Under the pieces are notes generated by a model. That model was not told where the DNA came from. It worked only from the letters and a program-made list of their open reading frames with translations, and searched no databases. A stretch of 64,000 nt of DNA from Agathobaculum sp. (GTDB taxonomy: Bacteria > Bacillota > Clostridia > Oscillospirales > Butyricicoccaceae): NCBI RefSeq assembly GCF_034098985.1, contig NZ_JAXEOA010000011.1:66302-130301 (forward strand), read 5' to 3'. The position numbers and the translations under genes were made by a program. How positions within the stretch are numbered: the first letter of the stretch is position 1; every line of letters starts with the position of its first letter. Shown here piece by piece: positions 9,871 through 18,070 of the stretch.

Positions 9871-9985
9871 GGTGAGAAACCCTCCCTCTGAAGCGATAAC
9901 GGAATTATACCTTATCGGCCGCAGGAAGTCAATTGGATGCGGGGCGTGGGCTGTAAAAAAATCGGGGGTTTTATGAAAAATATTA

Positions 9986-10014
9986 TTGACAACAAGAGCG
10001 GATTTCGATATAAT
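9986..10014 (+). promoter_or_regulatory. Consensus sigma-A-type promoter for the tRNA-Leu pair
   Basis: TTGACA (9986-9991), 17-nt spacer, TATAAT (10009-10014). Confidence 0.7.
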
Positions 10015-10058
10015 ACATATTGTCGCTGACAGTGAAGCGACTCGATGAGAAAGCAAAT

Positions 10059-10143
10059 GCGAGTGTGCTGGAACTGGTAGACAGGCACGTTTGAGGGGCG
10101 TGTGTCAATCGACGTACGGGTTCAAGTCCCGTCACTCGCACCA
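10059..10143 (+). tRNA. tRNA-Leu (anticodon GAG)
   Basis: Acceptor GCGAGTG/CACTCGC, anticodon stem CACGT/GCGTG with loop TTGAGGG, long variable arm, GGTTCAAGTCC T-loop, encoded CCA. Confidence 0.9.
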
Positions 10144-10169
10144 CTCTCTCGGGTGCGAAAATTTCATAT

Positions 10170-10255
10170 GCGGATGTGGCGGAATGGCAGACGCGCTAGC
10201 TTCAGGTGCTAGTGTTCGCAAGGACGTGGGGGTTCAAGTCCCCCCATCCGCACCA
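10170..10255 (+). tRNA. tRNA-Leu (anticodon CAG)
   Basis: Acceptor GCGGATG/CATCCGC, anticodon stem CTAGC/GCTAG with loop TTCAGGT, long variable arm, GGTTCAAGTCC T-loop, encoded CCA. Confidence 0.9.
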
Positions 10256-10260
10256 AGAGA

Positions 10261-10293
10261 AGTACCGATTTTGATAAAAATCGGTACTTTTTC
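10261..10293 (+). terminator. Terminator after the tRNA pair
   Basis: 12-bp stem AGTACCGATTTT / AAAATCGGTACT, 4-nt loop, then TTTTT. Confidence 0.85.
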
Positions 10294-10516
10294 TTATGTT
10301 TAGATTTCCCCTATTTTAACTGATGACAATTTGACGACAAATGCACATTTACTTCACAGCGCATTTGGGATTAGAAAAAGATGGCGCAAACGTATTATAT
10401 CGTCAAGATCGCGCTGGACAACTTCCGATTCGCGCTGATGAAGAACGCGCTGTCAAAGATCGGGTTCGCGCCTGAACTGAAAATTCTGTGGTTGGTGCGG
10501 CCGAGCGACATTATAA

Positions 10517-10690
10517 AGTGCAGCCGGTCATCTGCGAAAGGCGACGGTACAGCAGGGGGCGGTGGTGAAAGCGGGTCAACAGATCGGCGTGATCGGCGGC
10601 ACGGGAAACGTGGAGGCTCCGCACCTGCATTTGAGCGCGTGGAAAAACGGGGAGCCGATTGACCCGGCGACGATGATTCCGGGATTTTAA
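10517..10690 (+). pseudogene. C-terminal remnant of an M23/LytM-family peptidase
   Basis: The frame reads SAAGHLRKATVQQGAVVKAGQQIGVIGGTGNVEAPHLHLSAWKNGEPIDPATMIPGF*. An in-frame TAA lies at 10514 and there is no start codon. Upstream frames show only scrambled similarity. Confidence 0.6.
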
Positions 10691-10790
10691 GCCTTGGATG
10701 AATAGAAACACCCCTCTGGCCGGACGGCTGGAGGGGTGTATGTGCTTTCATCAAGATTGTTTTTCAGCCTGAAGATGTTATAATAAAAAT

Positions 10791-10881
10791 GCGGAAGATG
10801 CTCCAGCGGACGGGTTTGGGGCAACAGGCGAAAGCCGCGTTGTCACCCGGTTACTAGCTCTTCCGTTTTTATTATTTTTTT
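10791..10881 (+). ncRNA. Candidate small structured RNA (class unknown)
   Basis: An extended -10 promoter (TGTTATAAT, 10776-10784) has TTGTTT about 16 nt upstream. An outer helix CGGAAGA(T)GCT / AGCTCTTCCG encloses a GAAA-capped hairpin (CAAC-A-GGC-GAAA-GCC-GC-GTTG), followed by a T-run. No same-strand gene lies downstream. Confidence 0.35.
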
Positions 10882-11190
10882 CCACTCGCCGGGGATAGGT
10901 TGCCTCATGCCTCGCAAAAGAATCCATAGCTGGCAGACAAATGTTTATAATCCGCTAAAATTTTGCACCCACCGACAGGGTTCGACAAAGTAAACACGTT
11001 CAAAGGCATATAGTCTAGGTAGATTCATTCTTCATTGCGAGGGCCGTCCTGAAAGGGGCGGCTTTCGCTTTGCAGGGTTCTAAACATACCGCCTGATAAA
11101 AACGGTTTAATGTTCTGCTGCAAGTGCAGGGAGGCGGTGCAATGGGCTGTAAAATTGTATATAAAAAATTTTCTCCGAGTGAGTTTCGCA

Positions 11191-12984
11191 TTATTCATCT
11201 GAACCATATAGCAGAGCAGATAGGTCATCCACAAGATGATTTTGATCGAAGAACATTAAATAATAATTTGCTAGGCTTGGGTTGTCTGTTACAAGTCCGT
11301 CTGTCCCTAACCGAATGATTTTTTGTATATTGGAGTCGGTATTGGCTGTCCATGCATATATTTTCTTTTGATTACTTTGAATTGCAGTTACCATTTCCAG
11401 AGTTAAAAAACTTGTTTCTACGCTATATCCGTCTACATAGTCAAGGTTAAAATTTTCAGAGAATGCGAGCGAGGTAATATATACAGTCTCAATGGCGGGA
11501 GCGAGCGCCTTACTGCGTTGCAAAAGCTCAAGATTCATGGAGGCGATCATACATTTTTGTTCCATTCCAGCCGCATTGATTTGCCGTACAGTTTCTTCAA
11601 CTAGGTTATGCTCATGACCGGAGGCTTTAAGCTCTATCATAAGCCGAATGCGCCCTTTTGCCGCAGCTAGCATTTCTTCCAGCGTTGGAATGCGTTCCCC
11701 AGCAAAAGCGCGGGAATAAGATGAGCCGGCATCCAAGGTCTGAACCGTAGCAAAGTCGGTTTCCCATACCTCTTGATCGAAGCTAGTGGTACGCAGGAAA
11801 TTAGAATCGTGCATGATGATCAGTATACCATCCCGCGTCTGCTGCACATCGATTTCTGCCATATCAGCGCCTGCCTGAATGGAATTCTCTAAGGCGGCGA
11901 GTGTATTTTCAGGCGCGAATATGGCTCCTGCACGGTGTGCGATCACTTCTGTGCTGGGTCGATATACGGAGTAAAGATTCCCGCCCAATTCCGTTTCACT
12001 AAAGAAAACCAAGAAAACAATGGCCGCCACGACAGCAGCAGAACGAGCCAGCAAATACCGTAGCGTATGCGCGGGTTTCTGTATTGGGGGGATTTCATCT
12101 CCGCGATATTGGTGGTATAAGACTATCACTGACGCATACAAAGAAACTGGAAACAATGCGCTGAAAAAAATCCCGCCGGTGCTGCTCCATCTGGTAAAAT
12201 AAAACTGGAAAAAGCTTCTTCCACCATCTGCTGGGGCTGATACTTTACTGCACATCCATAGCAGCAGAACGCATGCAATAGTAATGATAATTGCAAGTAT
12301 GATAAAAGCAAGCACGCTGCCCAGCAAAGTTACTGCTGTTTTTATGATTTTTCCTTTCATCAGCTTTGCGCTTGAACGAGGGGTTCCGTAATAAGTTTTT
12401 TTCTGTACGATCACATCTGGCAGACAGAACAAATAGAAAAATGCAAGAACATTTAAAACAAGGATACACCCTGCGAATACGATGTGTAGTTTGGGTGAAC
12501 CGCTGATATAATCCAGTATAAATTCAGGTATTTTAAGTTTGTTCATAAAGCCGTAGGTCAAAGGCAAGACGGAAAGGCCGACCAACGGAATAAGCGCTAA
12601 GATAACGGAGAGATTTTTTATACGAAAAAAAGAGATGGAGCGTAAAAAAGCGTTTTTCCAGAGTTGCCATATAGAGATCATATTACCTTGCCATCCGGCC
12701 TCGCAATATAAAATGAGCGCAACGATCTCCAGATAAACATAGTAGACAATGATTAAGACAATGCAAATAAGCAAAAGGATCGCAAGTGGATTTTGAAATA
12801 CCAGTCCAACGTTTTGCTGCCCCAGGAAAGAAACGCCAAGCATATGGAAAATAGACGATTTGATCTGATCGATAAACTCTACAACAAGAACAAATCCAAT
12901 TAACTTATAAGTAATTACGAAAAACAGCAGGGTTATCCAGTTCTTTAGTGTAATGCGTAACCCGGTTTTTATAGCAGATATCAT
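11191..12984 (-). CDS. Membrane-anchored glycerophosphodiester phosphodiesterase
   Basis: The N-terminal ~330 aa are multi-TM. The C-terminal GDPD domain reads VIAHRAGAIFAPENTLAALENSIQAGADMAEIDVQQTRDGILIIMHDSN. The gene is clearly AT-richer than its surroundings. Confidence 0.85.
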   Translation of the reverse strand: MISAIKTGLRITLKNWITLLFFVITYKLIGFVLVVEFIDQIKSSIFHMLGVSFLGQQNVGLVFQNPLAILLLICIVLIIVYYVYLEIVALILYCEAGWQGNMISIWQLWKNAFLRSISFFRIKNLSVILALIPLVGLSVLPLTYGFMNKLKIPEFILDYISGSPKLHIVFAGCILVLNVLAFFYLFCLPDVIVQKKTYYGTPRSSAKLMKGKIIKTAVTLLGSVLAFIILAIIITIACVLLLWMCSKVSAPADGGRSFFQFYFTRWSSTGGIFFSALFPVSLYASVIVLYHQYRGDEIPPIQKPAHTLRYLLARSAAVVAAIVFLVFFSETELGGNLYSVYRPSTEVIAHRAGAIFAPENTLAALENSIQAGADMAEIDVQQTRDGILIIMHDSNFLRTTSFDQEVWETDFATVQTLDAGSSYSRAFAGERIPTLEEMLAAAKGRIRLMIELKASGHEHNLVEETVRQINAAGMEQKCMIASMNLELLQRSKALAPAIETVYITSLAFSENFNLDYVDGYSVETSFLTLEMVTAIQSNQKKIYAWTANTDSNIQKIIRLGTDGLVTDNPSLANYYLMFFDQNHLVDDLSALLYGSDE

Positions 12985-13111
12985 ATGCGTTCACTTCTTA
13001 TCCTTCCGCACAGTTTTGTCGAGCTGTTTACTATCTCTTGCATAATTATAACCTCTTAACCGAAATATATCAACAGAGCTACTATACACAGTGCTAGCGA
13101 TGTGGGGGGAT

Positions 13112-13823
13112 ATGGATAAGATGGATTCCTTGAATAACCAAATGCTTTTTTGGAATACTGATTGGAAAAGAAGGTGATGGTATCCGAGTACCCAAACACA
13201 TTGGCATTATCCCGGATGGAAACAGGCGTTGGGCGCAGAATGCAGGCCTCGAGAAAAAGGATGGATATCGGCATGGGCTGGCACCGGGGCTGGAAGTGCT
13301 GCGGCTAGCTCGGGAGGCTGGCGTCCGGGAGATCACATACTACGGCTTTACAACCGACAACTGCGGCCGCCCGAAAGAACAGGTGGACGCGTTTTCTAAG
13401 GCCTGCGCCGACGCGGTAGAGATGATAGCGGCCGAACCGGTTTCGCTGCTGGTAGTCGGCAACACAAAGGCGTCTGCCTTTCCGGATGCGCTGCGCCCAT
13501 ATACAACGCGAAGCGACCTTCATGGCGGCGGTATGCGGGTTAATTTTCTGGTGAACTACGGCTGGGAATGGGATCTTGCTGATCTAAAAACGCCGGGCAC
13601 TAACCGAAACGAAATTTGTGCAGAGCTTCGCTCGCATGATATTTCACGGGTCGATATGGTAATACGCTGGGGCGGAATGCGCCGGTTATCGGGATTTTTG
13701 CCAGTTCAGGCAGTTTATGCAGATTTTTTTGTAGTAGATAACTTATGGCCGGACTTTCAGGCAAACGACTTTTATGACGCGTTACGCTGGTACCAAAAGC
13801 AAGACGTGACTTTGGGTGGCTAA
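13112..13823 (+). pseudogene. uppS-like cis-prenyltransferase gene with an apparent +1 frameshift at a T6 run
   Basis: UppS-family motifs are present: HIGIIPDGNRRWA (from 13197), NFLVNYGWEWD and RWGGMRRLSGFLPVQAVYADFF. The motif frame is open only from 13134 and has no ATG/GTG/TTG before GTG 13296. SD plus ATG 13112 is in another frame that stops at 13175. The T6 run is at 13146-13151. Confidence 0.65.
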
Positions 13824-13860
13824 AAGTTGCATGCTGTACAGCAGGCCGATGGCTCATTTG

Positions 13861-13900
13861 GAAGGCAGCGCCGGATCCGCCAGGATCCGGCGCTGCCTTC
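13861..13900. terminator. Strong hairpin between convergent uppS-like and rubredoxin genes
   Basis: 18-bp perfect stem GAAGGCAGCGCCGGATCC / GGATCCGGCGCTGCCTTC with a 4-nt loop. There is no clear U-tract. Confidence 0.5.
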
Positions 13901-13903
13901 GCG

Positions 13904-14062
13904 TTAAGCCTCCTCAAACTGATCCTTTCCGACAAAGCAAAGCGGGCAGACCCATTCATCCGGAACGTTTTCCCATTTGGTGCCAGGGGCCACACCATTA
14001 TCCGGATCGCCTGCTTCCTCATCATAAATATAACCGCATATGATACAAACATATTTTTTCAA
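13904..14062 (-). CDS. Rubredoxin
   Basis: (M)[51 protein letters not shown] carries the two CxxC pairs. TTG 14062 lies 7 nt after GGAGGTG. Confidence 0.9.
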   Translation of the reverse strand: MKKYVCIICGYIYDEEAGDPDNGVAPGTKWENVPDEWVCPLCFVGKDQFEEA

Positions 14063-14328
14063 CGTATTCACCTCCACTGATATATTTAGTATAAACATAA
14101 AAGAAAATTGCATCCTTGGAAACAATGTTACAATTGATAAAAGTATGTGTCGCAATCATGCGGTTTTCTGCGAAAAAAATAGACTTTTGTGTGATATTGT
14201 GTTATACTTTCGATATTGAGTAAAAAATACACTGAAATAAGGTTGTTTGTCTATTTGGTGTAAATATGAATGGGCTTTAATAGAAATCGATATTAATTAA
14301 AAATAATTATTTATTTTTTCAAAACTAC

Positions 14329-14366
14329 TTGACATTAAACATGTTTAATACTATACTAAACATGTT
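14329..14366 (+). promoter_or_regulatory. Promoter with overlapping palindromic operator upstream of the Rrf2 gene
   Basis: TTGACA (14329-14334), 17-nt spacer, TATACT (14352-14357). The spacer holds the perfect palindrome TTAAACATGTTTAA (14335-14348), and a second AAACATGTT lies at 14358-14366. Confidence 0.55.
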
Positions 14367-14391
14367 CCAATTAGAGAAAGGAAGGAACAAC

Positions 14392-14799
14392 GTGAGAATC
14401 ACACATGAAGCGGATTATGCGATTCGTGTGGCCTATTGCCTCGGCCTTGCCGGTGGTAAGCAATGTGCCAAGGATATTTCAGAGATGACCGGCGTGACGC
14501 TTCGCTTTGCGCTTAAGATTCTGCGCAAGCTGACCCAGTCGGGCATTACAAAATCCTATAAAGGCGTGGCAGGAGGCTATGAGCTCAACCGGGCTCCTTC
14601 CGAAATCAGCTTAGGCGAGCTCATTGAATGCATTGACGGGCCGATTGCAATTAACCATTGCTTATCCAATGAGTTTCAATGTACCCGCGTAGGCGATCGG
14701 AATGAATGTGACTTCCACCGCGTTTTTGGAGAAATCAACAAGTCCCTGCGGGATGAACTGTTCTCCATCACCATGGAGCGCTTTCTTCCCAAAACATAA
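14392..14799 (+). CDS. Rrf2 family transcriptional regulator
   Basis: [18 protein letters not shown] is an Rrf2 N-terminal wHTH. A C-terminal Cys cluster ([19 protein letters not shown]) is present. GTG 14392 follows AAAGGAAGG. Confidence 0.9.
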   Translation: MRITHEADYAIRVAYCLGLAGGKQCAKDISEMTGVTLRFALKILRKLTQSGITKSYKGVAGGYELNRAPSEISLGELIECIDGPIAINHCLSNEFQCTRVGDRNECDFHRVFGEINKSLRDELFSITMERFLPKT

Positions 14800-14831
14800 T
14801 AAATTCTATTTTACATCAGGAGGAAAAAATC

Positions 14832-15380
14832 ATGAAAAAGTTTGTTTGTTCTGTTTGCGGTTATGTCCACGAGGGCGAAGCTGCCCCGGCTGAGTGCCCC
14901 ATCTGCCATGCGCCTGCCGCGAAGTTCACCGAGCAGTCCGGCGAGAAGACTTGGGCTGCCGAGCACGTAGTTGGCGTTGCGCAGGGCGCTCCTGAAGATA
15001 TTATTAAGGATCTTCGCATGAACTTTGAGGGCGAGTGCTCCGAGGTCGGCATGTATCTGGCGATGAGCCGCGTGGCGCACCGCGAGGGCTATCCGGAAAT
15101 CGGCCTATACTGGGAGAAGGCCGCTTATGAGGAAGCCGAGCACGCCGCCAAGTTCGCCGAACTGCTGGGCGAGGTGGTGACCGACTCCACCAAAAAGAAT
15201 CTCGAAATGCGCGTTGACGCGGAAAACGGCGCGACCGCGGGCAAGTTTGATCTGGCTAAGCGCGCTAAGGCGCTTAATCTGGACGCCATTCACGATACCG
15301 TCCATGAGATGGCACGCGATGAGGCCCGCCATGGCAAGGCCTTCGAGGGCCTGCTGGCTCGTTATTTCGGCAACAAGTAA
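14832..15380 (+). CDS. Reverse rubrerythrin (N-terminal rubredoxin-like domain plus diiron ferritin-like domain)
   Basis: N-terminus [10 protein letters not shown]...CPICHAP, and diiron motifs EGECSE...EEAEHAAKF...[11 protein letters not shown] is AGGAGG. Confidence 0.9.
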   Translation: MKKFVCSVCGYVHEGEAAPAECPICHAPAAKFTEQSGEKTWAAEHVVGVAQGAPEDIIKDLRMNFEGECSEVGMYLAMSRVAHREGYPEIGLYWEKAAYEEAEHAAKFAELLGEVVTDSTKKNLEMRVDAENGATAGKFDLAKRAKALNLDAIHDTVHEMARDEARHGKAFEGLLARYFGNK

Positions 15381-15396
15381 GGACCATCGGTTGCAG

Positions 15397-15432
15397 CCGG
15401 GAAGCTGGATACAGCTTCCCGGTTTTGGTTTT
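15397..15432 (+). terminator. Terminator after the rubrerythrin gene
   Basis: CCGGGAAGCTG-GATA-CAGCTTCCCGG followed by TTTT. Confidence 0.8.
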
Positions 15433-15641
15433 GGTGACAGATTCCCTTGAGTAGATTATACTTTATTCGCAGAGATAAGCCATGAAAAGCGATGGGAGAA
15501 GAAAAAGAGGGAACTCAAAATGGAAAACGAAGTACCCCAAAAACCAAACTCAAAGCAACCGGCATTTTGTACGTCATCGGCGGCGTGATTAGTCTGATCA
15601 TCAGACGATTGGCGCGAAGCAGAACAAAGACGCGGTACAGC

Positions 15642-15676
15642 AAAAAAAACGCTCCCATATGAGAGCGTTTTTTGTT
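15642..15676. terminator. Bidirectional terminator at the lrgB 3' end
   Basis: A8 run, AACGCTC / GAGCGTT stem, then TTTTTT. Confidence 0.7.
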
Positions 15677-16369
15677 TTATGAGAATATGACCGACCCTAT
15701 TGACACAAGCAGCGCGGTCAGCAGGCCTGAAACCCCGATAGCAAGGCCGCTCATCGCGCCTTCGGTCTCGCCCAGCTCAATTGCGCGTGAGGTGCCGACC
15801 GCGTGCGCCGCTGTGCCGATGGAAAGACCCATCTGCACTGGGTCGCGCACTCCGATCAGCTTGAGGAACGGCGGCAACAGGATCGCGCCGACGATGCCGG
15901 TGAATACGATGGCGATAGCGGTGACCGGCGCGAGGCCTCCCAACATTTCACTAAGCGCAACCCCGATCGGCGTGGTCACCGATTTGGGGACAAGCGAACG
16001 CATGGTAATATCAGAAAGCCCAAACAGGCGGGAAAAACCGATGACGCTGGCGATCGATACCGCTGATCCGACAAACGCACCGGCCAATATGGGGATCCAA
16101 TTGGCTTTCAACACATCCAACTTGCGGTAGATCGGCACGGCGAGCGCGACGGTAGCGGGTGTCAGGAAGAACGAGAGAAGCGAACCAGCCCGGTCGTAGG
16201 TCTCGAAAGAGGTCCCGCTTGCAACCAGCAACACGCCTACGATCAATGAAGCGATAAGCAGGGGATTTAGGAGCGGGGAATTGGTTTTCTGCTGACACCA
16301 CTGGCCGAAGGCGTAAGCCGCGATGGAAACGCCCAGCCAGAGAGCGGGCATGGAGAGCAGTTCAGTCAT
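15677..16369 (-). CDS. lrgB: LrgB family protein
   Basis: 230-aa polytopic protein with a typical LrgB N-terminus (MTELLSMPALWLGVSIAAYAFGQW). Its start overlaps the end of lrgA. Confidence 0.9.
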   Translation of the reverse strand: MTELLSMPALWLGVSIAAYAFGQWCQQKTNSPLLNPLLIASLIVGVLLVASGTSFETYDRAGSLLSFFLTPATVALAVPIYRKLDVLKANWIPILAGAFVGSAVSIASVIGFSRLFGLSDITMRSLVPKSVTTPIGVALSEMLGGLAPVTAIAIVFTGIVGAILLPPFLKLIGVRDPVQMGLSIGTAAHAVGTSRAIELGETEGAMSGLAIGVSGLLTALLVSIGSVIFS

Positions 16370-16739
16370 GATTGGACGCCTCCTTACCGCCGCGGCGCTG
16401 GCGTTTGAAAATCACATGCACGGTCAGCGCGGTCGCGGCGGCGGTGCACAGCGTGGTAAGCACGCAAACAGCAATGATCGCCGCGATTTCGCTTTGGATA
16501 TCCGCAAAAATCTCAAGCACGCCCAGACAAGCGGGCAGAAATAAGAACGCCATGTTTTGCAGCAGGAAGTCGGCCGTGCGCTCGACGTGCGATAGGCGGA
16601 TTACGCCGCATACCAGACAGAGCAGAAGCAGCGCCATCCCCAGCACATTGCCGGGCAGGCGGCGCTGTAGCAGGATAGACAGCGCCTCGCCCGCAATACA
16701 GCAGGCGAGCAAAACGCCGAGTTGCTTTAGGTAGTTCAA
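16362..16739 (-). CDS. lrgA: CidA/LrgA family holin-like protein
   Basis: 125 aa with four TM segments, immediately upstream of and overlapping lrgB. Confidence 0.85.
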   Translation of the reverse strand: MNYLKQLGVLLACCIAGEALSILLQRRLPGNVLGMALLLLCLVCGVIRLSHVERTADFLLQNMAFLFLPACLGVLEIFADIQSEIAAIIAVCVLTTLCTAAATALTVHVIFKRQRRGGKEASNHD

Positions 16740-17284
16740 TGTGATTCTTCTTCCTTTGTATAATCCGCGGTCAGCGCAGAAAGCAGTGTTTGATAGATCT
16801 GCTCGGCACCCGATTTGAAGGTGCGTTCGAGCATGGAGGCCTGCGCGCGGCTGACGACGTTCATTTCAATGGCGAACACCTGATCCATGTCCATACGTAC
16901 GGTCAGGTCGTTTTCGGCGCGCTGCTCGACGCTGGTGTGGATCGCGGCATCCCGCCGGATCTGCCGGACGACGCGGATCGCTGAGCGCTGCGCGGCCTCG
17001 CGCACCGGGAACGGGATCTGCTTTTCAAACACGCGCACGGTCTCGCGGCCCTTTTCGGTGATGCTGTAAGTGGGTTCTTCGCCGTCCTGGTGCTCCTCGA
17101 TGTGCCCGGTCGGCACCATCTCGTAAAACGCCTCGCTCAGCTCGAAATAGCCGAAGCCCTCGTCGCACCAGGTGATGAGATCGACGATGGCCGAAAAATC
17201 GACCGGGAAGGGAAGCAGATCCATTGCGAACAGCACCAGGAACTTGATATCCTCTTTGGAACGGATAAAGCCGTAGCGCACCAT
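16736..17284 (-). CDS. DUF4364-like protein
   Basis: 182 aa. The N-terminus (IRSKEDIKFLVLFAMDLLPFPVDFSAIVDL) resembles the DUF4364 family as I recall it. SD is AAAGGAGG, and the stop overlaps the lrgA start. Confidence 0.55.
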   Translation of the reverse strand: MVRYGFIRSKEDIKFLVLFAMDLLPFPVDFSAIVDLITWCDEGFGYFELSEAFYEMVPTGHIEEHQDGEEPTYSITEKGRETVRVFEKQIPFPVREAAQRSAIRVVRQIRRDAAIHTSVEQRAENDLTVRMDMDQVFAIEMNVVSRAQASMLERTFKSGAEQIYQTLLSALTADYTKEEESH

Positions 17285-17349
17285 ATTAACGCCTCCTTTT
17301 CATCATTTTGCACTAGTCAGTATATCTTAATTCAGCATAAAATACAAGA

Positions 17350-17363
17350 CGAACATTTGTGCG
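17350..17363. promoter_or_regulatory. LexA (Cheo)-box-like site
   Basis: CGAACATTTGTGCG versus consensus CGAAC-N4-GTTCG (one mismatch), 20 nt upstream of the -35 of the GNAT-radC-uvrB string. Confidence 0.35.
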
Positions 17364-17382
17364 ATTTTTGTTGCAAATGCCC

Positions 17383-17411
17383 TTGAAGAAATGATACCGG
17401 TGCAGTATAAT
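17383..17411 (+). promoter_or_regulatory. Sigma-A-type promoter upstream of the GNAT gene
   Basis: TTGAAG, 17-nt spacer, TATAAT. Confidence 0.6.
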
Positions 17412-17447
17412 GAAGAAGTCGTATTTTATCTAAAAGAGGAGTATTTT

Positions 17448-18047
17448 ATGCCCGATTTCACGCTGCGCACCGCGGAAGAGGCCGACGCGCCCGCGATGCT
17501 CGCGCTGTATGCGCCTTATGTGACGGATACCACTGTGTCGTCGGAATACGAGCCGCCGTCGCTTTCGGAGTTTGTCGGACGGATGCGCACCTACGGCGAA
17601 AAGCTGCCGTGGCTGGTGTGCACCTATGGGGACGAGGTGGTCGGCTACGGCTACGCCTCGCCGCACCGGAGGCGCGCAGCCTACCAGTGGTCGTGCGAAA
17701 CGTCGATCTATGTCGCGCGGGATTTCCACCGCCGCGGCATCGCGGGCGCGCTGTATAACGCGCTGTTTGAATTGCTTGCGATGCAGGGATACTATAATAT
17801 CTTTGTCGGCATCACCTCGCCGAATGAAACCTCGATGAAATTTCACAAGGCAATGGGCTTTGTCATCTCGGGCGCCTATCAGGACAGTATGTATAAATTC
17901 GGCAAGTGGCGCGATGTGCTCTGGATGGCCAAAAGCCTGCGTCCGCACGAGGGCGAGCCGCAGCCGACCGTGCCGTTCCCCGCGCTGCGGGAAAGCCCTG
18001 TGGTATCGCGGGTGCTGCGGCAGGCTGGGCAACACATCCGCGGCTGA
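17448..18047 (+). CDS. GNAT family N-acetyltransferase (phosphinothricin-acetyltransferase-like)
   Basis: MPDFTLRTAEEADAPAMLALYAPYV...RRGIAGALYNALFELL...MKFHKAMGF, with SD AGAGGAG. Confidence 0.85.
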   Translation: MPDFTLRTAEEADAPAMLALYAPYVTDTTVSSEYEPPSLSEFVGRMRTYGEKLPWLVCTYGDEVVGYGYASPHRRRAAYQWSCETSIYVARDFHRRGIAGALYNALFELLAMQGYYNIFVGITSPNETSMKFHKAMGFVISGAYQDSMYKFGKWRDVLWMAKSLRPHEGEPQPTVPFPALRESPVVSRVLRQAGQHIRG

Positions 18048-18070
18048 CTGGAACGGAGAGGAGGCCGCAG

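Noticed and set aside
11124-11318. A + strand ORF with a strong SD (AGGGAGG, 7-nt spacer, ATG 11142; MGCKIVYKKFSPSEF...).
   Set aside because: Most of it is antisense to the 3' end of the GDPD gene and I recognise no family. The SD-like purine run may be coincidental. I cannot fully exclude a micro-protein.
10256-13903. Direct repeat of the tRNA-Leu 3' end (att-site scar) at the far side of the AT-rich patch.
   Set aside because: I looked by eye for CATCCGCACCA / GGTTCAAGTCC-like sequence around 13.0-13.9 kb. I found only a weak GGATCCGCCAGG inside the terminator hairpin, which is not convincing.
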